A stretch of DNA of 34,223 nt from Chrysochromulina tobinii (taxonomy: Eukaryota): assembly GCA_001275005.1 (NCBI GenBank), contig JWZX01002320.1:1-34223 (forward strand), in the 5' to 3' direction. Numbering within the stretch: the first letter of the stretch is position 1; each line of letters opens with the position of its first letter. The notes under the pieces are model-generated. The model saw only the letters and a list, made by a program, of their open reading frames with translations, ran no database searches and had not been told where the DNA came from. This document shows positions 9,101 through 16,691 of the stretch, piece by piece. A program made the translations under genes and the position numbers.

Positions 9101-11147
9101 TCCGCCGCGGGCGTGTCTGCATGCAGCTGGATCGTGACCTCGCGCGCGAGATCGTCCGCGGGCACGACCGTGAGGTGGACGATCATCGCCGCCTGCTGCT
9201 TCCACAAACGCACCTGCGCGGCCTCCGCCTCGTCCGCCTCAATCTCAGCCGCGAGCGGCGCGGGGGGCGAGGGCACCTGATGAGGGAGGCCATCAAATGT
9301 CATCAGAGGCGATCAGAGGTCATCAGAGGCAATCAGAGGTCATCAGAGGCAATCAGAGGTCATCAGAGGCAATTAGAAGTCATCAGAGGCAGTTCGGGGG
9401 CGAGGGCACACCTCCCCGCCCTCCCACGGGGACGTGCTCCCAGGCGCAATCAAAGGTCATCAGAGGCAATCAGAAGTCATCACCTCCCCGCCCTCCCACG
9501 GGGACGTGCTCCCGGGCGGCCGCCGCCGATACACGAGCAGGTACGCATTGCGCCCCGAGTCGAGTCCGCCACCCGCGGGGCAAGGTTCGCCATGACCTGC
9601 CGCACTCTCGACATCGGCTTCTGTCGCAGCGGTTACATTCGTGTCATTGAACTCGTGCCAGCTCGAGCCAGTGCCGCGGCGTAGTAATGCTGTGTAGTGC
9701 CCTCCCTGTGCCGAGCCGGCATGCATTAGCGCACCCACACAGTCATACCAAACCTCCTCGTCGGCCGCCGGAGCAGCGCCCACCGCGGCGCCCACCGCAG
9801 CGTCTGCCGCTGCCGCGTCTGCCGCTGCCGCGTCTACCGCTGCCGCACCGGCGCCGGCGCCACCGCTGCCGCCGCCGCCGCCAACGGCGCCGGCGACGTG
9901 CTTGACCGCCTCGGGTGGAATGGGCGGTTCGGCTACATACGGGCCTAGGTTGAGGCACAGGGGAAAGGCGACGCGGTGGTTGAGTTTCTTGCGACGTAAC
10001 GTGGCGAAGTCGAACGTGAAGCGCTTGAGCTGCAGCATGAGAAGGGGCGGTAGCTTCGAGGGCCGGACACCCTTGAGCGCGGGCACCTGATGAGGGAGGC
10101 GATCAGACGTCATTAGAGCCAATCAGAGGCTAATCAAGGGTCGGACGCCTCCTTGAGCGCGGGCACCTGATGAGGGAGGCAATCAGACGTCATTAGAGCC
10201 AATCAAGAGGAGCGCGGGCACCTTCTCGTTGCACACGTCGCATCGCCAGCAGTTGTCGCCGTCGAGCGTCTCCCACGCCGTGTACTCGCGCAGCGCCTGC
10301 TCAAGCGAGATCGCAAGAGATACGTCCAGCGCAAGGTCGCAGTACGCTTCCTCCCGCGTCGAGCGTCGTCCGCACCTGATGAGGGAGGCAATCAGACGTC
10401 ATTAGAGCCAATCAAGGTCGCAGTACGCTTCCTCCCTTGTCGAGCGTCGTCCGCACCTGATGAGGGAGGCAATCAGAGGCCATTCGAGCTAAACAGGGGC
10501 CACTCAGTACTTGAGGCATCGGAGCGTCGAGGTGAGCACCTGATGATGAGGGAGGCAATCAGAGGTCATTAGAGGCCATCAGAGATCATTAGAGCGCACT
10601 TGAGGCATCGGAGCGTCGAGGTGAGCATCCCTTCGAAGAGCTCGCGCTCGATGGCGACGCCGTACTTGGCCAGGGCCGTGAAGAGCACGCGGCACAGCTC
10701 CTGCACGTCGTGCTGCCGAAACGACTCGGCACGCGACCAGCCAAAGGAGGCCGTGAGCGAGCGCGTCGAGACGGCCTGGCACGACGTGAGCTGCAGTTGC
10801 GTGAAGAGTCGCGCGAGCTGGAGTGGCACGCACGCGTCCGCCGGGCCGTGCACGGCCTCGCCCTCGTACGAGAACGCGAACACCTCGCGCCGCACCTCGG
10901 GCAGGAGGAACAGCGCCTGGATCAGGCTGTTAAGGTAGCAGGTCGCGCCCTCGTTCGTAAGCCCACAGAAGGGCTGATCCTCGCGCCGCCCCTCGAACCA
11001 CGAAGCCGGGCGGCCCGTGCCCTTGTCGCGAGCGATGCGGACCGCGAGCAGGCGTGCAGCCTCCCTCGCCGTCGCCAGCGAAGCCTCGCGTGCTTCGCTC
11101 TCTCGCTCTGTGAGCGATTGTCCTCGCTCGGTGGGAGGAGCGCTCAT
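5236..11147 (-). CDS. Ubiquitin carboxyl-terminal hydrolase (USP/C19), USP47/USP40-like with ubiquitin-like domains; 10 exons
   Basis: Exons 11147-10600, 10375-10222, 10086-9484, 9276-8698, 8623-7362, 7211-7108, 6933-6530, 6357-5868, 5775-5669, 5592-5236. All junctions are GT-AG and phase-consistent. Cys box GLTNEGATCYLNSLIQALF, QHDVQELCRVLF, finger CxxC pairs (CLKC, CDVC), LQLKRF, His box MHAGSAQGGHY..WHEFND, NAYLLVYRR. UBL-like TLAELKAEIARRLGV. The C-terminal LRDADVLLLRD..RRETGLSIH resembles the USP47 tail. Alternative ATG at 11192. Confidence 0.9.
5593..5668 (-). other. USP intron 9 (family A-like; contains a copy of downstream exon sequence)
   Basis: GTGAGC...GCCATCAG. Internal GAGCCTCACTCCTGCCTTCGTCGCC matches exon 10 with 1 mismatch. 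Confidence 0.8.
5776..5867 (-). other. USP intron 8 (family A)
   Basis: GTACGT...CTCTGATTGCCTCCCTCATCAG. The 5' part is a decayed copy of the exon 9 start. Confidence 0.85.
6358..6529 (-). other. USP intron 7 (family A)
   Basis: GTGCGC...CCTTCCTCATCAG. Contains a copy of the exon 7 end (CTCCTCCGTGATGCGAAGACAGTGCGCAG). Confidence 0.8.
6934..7107 (-). other. USP intron 6 (family A; three tandem units)
   Basis: GTGAGG...CTTCCCTCATCAG occurs three times, separated by 17-nt copies of the exon 6 end. Confidence 0.85.
7212..7361 (-). other. USP intron 5 (family A; 10-nt satellite body)
   Basis: GTAATC...(GGATGACCTC)n...GCCTCCCTCATCAG. Splicing restores a UBL-like domain (RRAAKG|SHLKN). Confidence 0.85.
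8624..8697 (-). other. USP intron 4 (family A)
   Basis: Starts with a ~31-nt copy (1 mismatch) of the exon 5 start, GTGCGCCTGCGCCGATGGGATCC. Ends CTGATTGCCTCCCTCATCAG. Confidence 0.88.
9277..9483 (-). other. USP intron 3 (family A)
   Basis: GTGATG...GGCCTCCCTCATCAG. The body consists of CTCTGATGAC/CTCTGATTGC units plus a copy of the exon 3/exon 4 junction. Confidence 0.88.
10087..10221 (-). other. USP intron 2 (family A; two units)
   Basis: GTGCCCGCGCTC at the intron start equals the exon 3 start. Internal CATCAG|GTGCCC at 10167/10166. Splicing gives CNEK|VPALKG. Confidence 0.9.
10376..10599 (-). other. USP intron 1 (family A; three units)
   Basis: Splicing gives LRCLK-CGRRSTREEAYCDLALDV. 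Contains copies of both flanking exon ends. Confidence 0.9.
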
Positions 11148-11425
11148 GGTACGGTGCGTACCGACGCCAGGCCCGGGACGCAGCGCCGCCATCTCGTTGA
11201 CCTCCACAGCAGACTTCGTGCCGCTCCGCTTCCTCCTCCTCCTCAGCGTGACCCTTTTCGGCGCCGTCACTACGATTGCGGCCTCGGTGCGAGTCCGCCT
11301 CGCACGAAAATGGTCACGGTTTCGCGAAGGATTCGTCAAGAAGTTTTGGTGTGAAAATTAGAAGTTGGCCGCGCGCGGCTTCGACATGGTTTCGCCGCCA
11401 ACTTTGGGAAGCCCCTTCCCGGCCA

Positions 11426-11914
11426 ATGGGGTGTGCCGCGTCGACAAGCCCGCGGAAGCCGACGCCCGCGTCTCCACTCTTCCCCCCCACTCGACGCTCT
11501 GGAGACATAACGATGAAGAAGCAGCTGACCCCTAGCATCCTCAGCGGCCTCGGAGCTCCCTCGGGAGCGTTGCTCGATGAAATGAGCGTGCCCGACGCCC
11601 GTCCGACAGTCGATGGCATCACTGACGGAATCAGGAGTCCGCAGACGGAAGGAAAATCGCGTGCAGATGCATCAAATGGGTCTCCGCCATCAGGTGGCCT
11701 CCGTCTTACCTCGCTCGGCAACAGTCAGCGTGCATTGGTAGTAGCGATTGCGTCGGCACCTACAGCAGCGCCGGAAGCGATGCAGCAGGCTTCCCATGCA
11801 CAGCCGGCCGTCAGAGTACCGGCAGCAATGCCCGAGCGACCGGCCACGGACGAGTTGCAACTGCAGGATGCAGGGGTCGTGGACGACGGCGTGTCGTGTA
11901 TACGATGTGCGTAA
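11426..11914 (+). CDS. Hypothetical 162-aa protein with N-terminal MGCAAS acylation-like motif
   Basis: ATG at 11426 lies within ORF 11276-11914. An MGCxxS start is typical of N-myristoylated/palmitoylated proteins. Divergent from the USP gene. Confidence 0.55.
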   Translation: MGCAASTSPRKPTPASPLFPPTRRSGDITMKKQLTPSILSGLGAPSGALLDEMSVPDARPTVDGITDGIRSPQTEGKSRADASNGSPPSGGLRLTSLGNSQRALVVAIASAPTAAPEAMQQASHAQPAVRVPAAMPERPATDELQLQDAGVVDDGVSCIRCA

Positions 11915-12079
11915 GATGTCGGCACATGTTGGTTGTTGCAAACGAGTACGACGGTGGTTGCAAACCTAGTCCCACTACGACGCCGCTGTGCGTGTTCAAC
12001 CCACTCATCCCTTCCTCACCCCTAGCCTCTCAACACACTATAAAACTCAGCAGCGCTCCTAAACTAACACTCCTATTTC

Positions 12080-12889
12080 CTACACTCGTTGGCGCACACG
12101 GATATCTGTGGCGCGCAGCCCGTGCCGTGTTCCTCCGTCAGCACCGCCACGGTCTAGTTCGCACGTGTAGGTGCCCGTATCGGCGTCATAGCCACGGATC
12201 ACAGCACCCTCCCACACGTGCCAGCTCTCGCCCCGGAGCGGCTTCTCTTGGCCGTCGACGCAAACCTGCACTCGGCGCCCCTCGTAATGCTCACCCGCCG
12301 CTGTCGGCTCGTGGTCGAGCGAGGCCAGATCCGAAGCTTCCACAAAGTACTTGAGCGCACCACCCTGGTCCAGGCGCACGGTAAACATGCCGCTGCACTC
12401 GTCGGCCTCCACTATGGTCGCCGGGGTCCACGAGCCGTTGGTGCGCAGCACCTTGAACCGTTGGCCGACCGAGTGGGTTGCGCCTGTCGCAGCCGGTGCG
12501 GCCGCTGATGACGGCGCCTCCTCATCGCCTCCTTTGGCTGTCAAGGTCTCCGGCTGCTCGGCAAAGGCGCCACCTGCAGCTTGCAGCTCAACGTCGATAG
12601 TATCTCCGTCGCCAACGCCCTCTGGGCACTCCACGGAGAAGATGGCCGCATTGTTGGGTGCCTCGATTAGGAACGTCTGGCCCGCCGAGATGCCGACCGG
12701 CACGGTGACGACCAGCTTGTGTGTGGACGGCACTTCGATGAGCATCGTGGGCTGAGCCGACTGGCCGGGCGGCACCGTGACGATGACTAAGCGATTGTCA
12801 GGCAAGGTGATCGTGATCTCCTCGCCATCACGCGTGCCGGCGGCTAACGGCACCTCAAACACCTCCATGGCTGCCGAGGCCACCGCCAT
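12080..12889 (-). CDS. Hypothetical protein with repeated VxVP.G beta modules and two C-terminal SH3/Tudor-like barrels
   Basis: From ATG 12889 (or 12868) the ORF reads as natural protein: FEVPLAAG, VTVPPG, VTVPVG, VECPEG, then GQRFKVLRTNGSWTPATI..FTVRLD and GRRVQV..WEGAVIRGYD..TYTCELD. Confidence 0.65.
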   Translation of the reverse strand: MAVASAAMEVFEVPLAAGTRDGEEITITLPDNRLVIVTVPPGQSAQPTMLIEVPSTHKLVVTVPVGISAGQTFLIEAPNNAAIFSVECPEGVGDGDTIDVELQAAGGAFAEQPETLTAKGGDEEAPSSAAAPAATGATHSVGQRFKVLRTNGSWTPATIVEADECSGMFTVRLDQGGALKYFVEASDLASLDHEPTAAGEHYEGRRVQVCVDGQEKPLRGESWHVWEGAVIRGYDADTGTYTCELDRGGADGGTRHGLRATDIRVRQRV

Positions 12890-13250
12890 GGATCCAGCTG
12901 CAGCGGAGTGCCGTGAACGTGAGCGCCCATCTTGAAGACAAGCATGCACGTCCGCCGGGTAGAGGCAGCCGAGCTCGGTGGTTTTGGCGAGCACCATGGT
13001 GGAAAGGCCGCCATTCACATCAACAACAGCCTCCAGGGAAGGAGCAAAGTCTGTGCACGGGTACAGTATGTGTCCTGTGTGTCCCGGCTCCCCCCGGTGT
13101 CTTTGAACCGGTACTGTACAGCATTGCATGAACCCTGTCGAACCTACACGGGCGATCTTGAGGACATGTGAGGACCTTCACGTGAACGTCGATTTTTGTC
13201 GCATCGTCGTCGCGTGCCTCGGTGCGCCGACACTCCGCCGCCGCCGTCGC

Positions 13251-13532
13251 ATGACCGCCTCGCTCCGCTCGCTCATCCGCCTGGTGCCATGCCGTCTCCG
13301 ATCCAGCGTGCTCGATTACGTGCGCCGGCACGCTCCGGATGCCAAGAGCGACGCGCTGTTCCGCGAGGTGCACTTTCTTTGGAGCACGCAGCGCCACCTG
13401 AAGCAGCTGAACGAAAAGTACTTTCCGCAGTCGGGCATGACGCAGGCGGAGGTGGTCGCGGCGACCGCGGCGCGTGTCGGCTTCCGCATGCCCAAGGCAG
13501 CCGACGAAGACGCCAGCAAGAAGCAGAAATGA
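13251..13532 (+). CDS. FMC1: Mitochondrial ATP synthase assembly factor FMC1-like (LYR-related), 93 aa
   Basis: Basic N-terminus MTASLRSLIRL. C-terminal FLWSTQRHLKQLNEKYFP.SGMTQAEVVAATAARVGFRMP matches the recalled Fmc1/C7orf55 pattern (L.E.Y.P...M...E.V..TA.RVGL.LP). Confidence 0.75.
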   Translation: MTASLRSLIRLVPCRLRSSVLDYVRRHAPDAKSDALFREVHFLWSTQRHLKQLNEKYFPQSGMTQAEVVAATAARVGFRMPKAADEDASKKQK

Positions 13533-14521
13533 GCCCCGGCCTGCTGCTGCCGTTGCTGCTCATGAGTCCTGCGGCCGAGGCGGCCGAGGCCGCCTCGGCG
13601 GCGCAGGCGGCGCAGGCGGCGCAGGCGGCGAGGCGGCCGCGCGAGGAGTGGTTTGAAGAGGAACTGACACTGCGCCCGCTGCATTCGGGCGGCCTGCTCC
13701 TCTACGCCAACCTGAGCGTCGCAATAGTGGGTCGCAACTGGCGGCAGCTGGAGCTCTTTCCTAATGCGGTCGCAGAGCTCCTTTTGGCAACGGACGCCGC
13801 GGAGGTGCACTTGTCGTTGAGCTCGGGACGCTGGTTGGAGGAGTGGGGCACGCCGCCCGAGCCTGCGCCCGCGGGCGCCGCCGCGTGGGCCTGGGTGCCG
13901 ACCGCCAAAGGGCGCGAGAGCTGGCGGCTCGTGCTCGAGGCTCTGTCGTCGCTACTGTGCGCGCGGGGGGGGTGGCTGGCAGAGAGCGGCGAGTCAGGTG
14001 CGGAGAGCGGCGACGGCGAGGGCAGCGGCGACGGCGAGGGCAGCGGCGACGGCGAGGGCAGCGGCGACGGCGAGAGCGGCGACGGCGATGCGGGCGCCCG
14101 TTGCGCGGCGGCAGGGCGTGCCGCAAGCACTGTCCCCTCAGTCGAGGTTCATCCATACAGGCGTATGGAGTCGTCGGTGCGTGCGCTGCGCTCGATGAGG
14201 ACCTCCTTAGGACCACATAGTGGCGCTAATGAGGACCTCATTAGGACCTCATTAGGACCGCATGGCGACGCTGGGGCGTCGGGGTCGGCGCGGCCCCATC
14301 CAAATAAGGCAACCGGTCGGATCCATCCTAATAAGGCAACCTGGCGGCTTTACCATGCGACAGATCCGCGCCAGGGGGTGTGCACCGAGAACGTGGGTAG
14401 CTGGCTCGGACTCTCGCCGTGTCATGACGTGGCGGGCGTGGGCGAGGTGCTGCGCAGTCGGGGAGTCGCCCACGAGGATGACGAACCGCGAGGCGCACAC
14501 AGCGGCGGCGTCGGCGGCGTC

Positions 14522-14573
<52 letters not shown>

Positions 14574-16357
14574 AGGAGCGCGAGCCCGGCGTGGGGCGGC
14601 ACATTGTCGCGGACTCGCGCTTCACCTCGCTACGCTTCCGCCTCGTCACGGAATGCGCGCCCGACACGGCGCCCGACCGCCCCCAGACCGACGCCGTGTC
14701 GGGCGCCGCGTCGGGCGCCGCGTCGGGCGGCGCGTCGCGGTGCCGCCCGCAGACCCGCCTCGCCCTCGGCTTGACGGCAGTGCTCCCAGGTCGCGTAGAG
14801 ACTGTGAACGTAGAGACTGTGAACGTGGCGTCCCATGCAGAGGCCACGGGGGGCGGTGCGGCGACAGGTTCGTCCAGCGGTAAACCCCGGCAAGCGATCG
14901 ACTGGCTCTCGCGCGTTTTTGGTGCGGACCGGTTGCATGCGGACGTCGCACGAGGGCAGGGGCGTCATTCACAGGGGCTTCATTCACAGGGGCTTCATTC
15001 ACAGGGGCTTCATGCCTGCCCTCTCGCGCGCCATTCAGTGCTTCGTCTCGAGTTTGCTGGTGCGACACCGACGGCGCATGAGGCTGCACTAGGCGCCATC
15101 TCCGCGGCCATCACCGCGGCCGGGGTGCCGCCCTTGCGTGTCTGGCCGTCGGCCTACGCGCCCGAGGGACAGCTGCACAGCGGTGGCCTGGTACGTGCCG
15201 AGTGGACGCTGCCGCCCCCCGCATGCAAGTGCTCACCACGGCGCCCTCCCTCCCCACAGGTACGTGCCGAGTGGACGCTGCCGCCGCCCCAAGCTGAGCC
15301 GATCAGCTTCGCATACACCGCGTGGCCTGCCGCGGCCCTCGGCGCGCACACTGCACACCACGGCGCGCACACGGCCCACCACGGCGCGCATACTGCCCAC
15401 CACGGCGCGCACACTGCCCATCACGGCGCGCATACTGCCCATCACGGCGCGCCAACGGTCTCTTTGGGGCGGGCGGAGGGCCTGCCGGAGCCCATCTCGG
15501 CGCGCACTCCGGTCGGCATGCAACCGCCCGTCACGGCGCGTCGTCCGGTCGGCATGCACGCGCCCATCACGGCGCGTCGTCTGGTCGCGGGCGATGGGGA
15601 ACGGAAGAGCTCGCTGCTGCTCGAGCTCACGTCGTCTTGGGCGCGGCCCGTGCGCGTCGACGTCGTTGATGAGCTCCCTCATTGGGTGCAACCCTACTGG
15701 CACACGCTGCGCTGCTGGCGCAACGGCACCTCAGTCGGCCTCGACGAGGCGCTCTCGAGATGGCGCATCGATCCCGCGTCCGCGCCCGCACCGCCTCTAC
15801 CCAGGGCCATCGAACTCTATTCGGCCGACGCCGTGGCTACCCGTGCCCCGCATCAGTTCCGGTGGTCGGCAGACCTACCGGCCGGGCCGACGAGTCTAGT
15901 GGTCGCGTTCGACATCCTCAAGCCCGTCCGACATATCGACTCGATGCCGGCAGATGCCTCGCGCGGTCTCGACATTGGGTCGGCCGCGGTGGCCTACAGC
16001 GAGGTTGCGCGCGCTGCGGCCGGAGCGGCCGGAGCGCCCGACACGGCGCCGACGCCCGACGAGCCGCCGCTGACGAAACTGGCGATGACGAAATTGACGC
16101 CCGACACGGCGCTGCCGCAGCCGCAGATGCTGCTCTTCTCGAACGCGGTGGTTGTAATGCTCCCGATCGCGGACGACAGCATGCCATACAATGTGATCGC
16201 CGTCAGCTCGACGCTCATCGCTCTCTTCGTCGGCCAGATGTTCAACCTCTTGATGCGCCCGCTCACGGGGCGCGGGAAAGCCAAAGCCAAAGCGGAGCGC
16301 TTGGCGGAGCGGCGGGAGCGAGGACGAGGTGCGCCGCTCAAAACATGTTTTGTGTAA
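13529..16357 (+). CDS. PIGT: GPI transamidase component PIG-T/Gpi16; exons 13529-15190 and 15260-16357
   Basis: Signal peptide-like MSPGLLLPLLLMSPAAEA. Family motifs FEEELTLRPL, LFP, VHLSLSSGRW, APAGA..WAW, LSSLLCA, VCTENV..WL.L.PC, DASRGLDI and LPIADDSMPYNVIAVSST, followed by a TM helix. Confidence 0.9.
15191..15259 (+). other. PIG-T intron (family B; 69 nt, in frame)
   Basis: GTACGTGCCGAGTGGACGCTGCCGCC (copy of the downstream exon) followed by GCATGCAAGTGCTCACCACGGCGCCCTCCCTCCCCACAG. Confidence 0.8.
15341..15451 (+). repeat. Five 21-nt tandem repeats encoding GAHTAHH in PIG-T
   Basis: Directly visible in DNA and translation. Confidence 0.9.
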
Positions 16358-16691
16358 CCGCCCGGCCGTGGCGTGTCTTGTAAGTGTCCGGCCAGCCGAG
16401 CGCGCGGGTCCCGGTCGCTGCCGCGCCACGGCGCGGCACCCACCGACGCTACTTGACCCTCTGACGTCTGACCCGGGCCCATCAGCAGCATCGCGGGGCC
16501 CGGCCCACGGGGACGGCGCACCGGGATGTCGCGCTCATCAACCAGGCAGCTTGAGAAGTTTGATGAAACGCACGTATTACGTGGCACCGTTACAAGTTTA
16601 CCGGTCTGGTCCATTTTTAGTTCGGGACGTACGATGTGGGCCCCGGAGTCTTCAGGCCGCGGAATCCAAGCTGGAAGCCGTGCCCGCGGCA

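Noticed and set aside
5731..10122. Separate ORFs starting MALMTSDRLPHQV / MSLLISSDCLPHQV / MTFDGLPHQV as a shared N-terminal protein motif
   Set aside because: These are translations of the family A intron 3' end. The ORFs are exons of one USP gene.
13196..13528. N-terminal extension of PIG-T in the ORF track
   Set aside because: It starts at a non-ATG codon and is the alternate frame of the FMC1-like ORF. The signal peptide begins at 13529.
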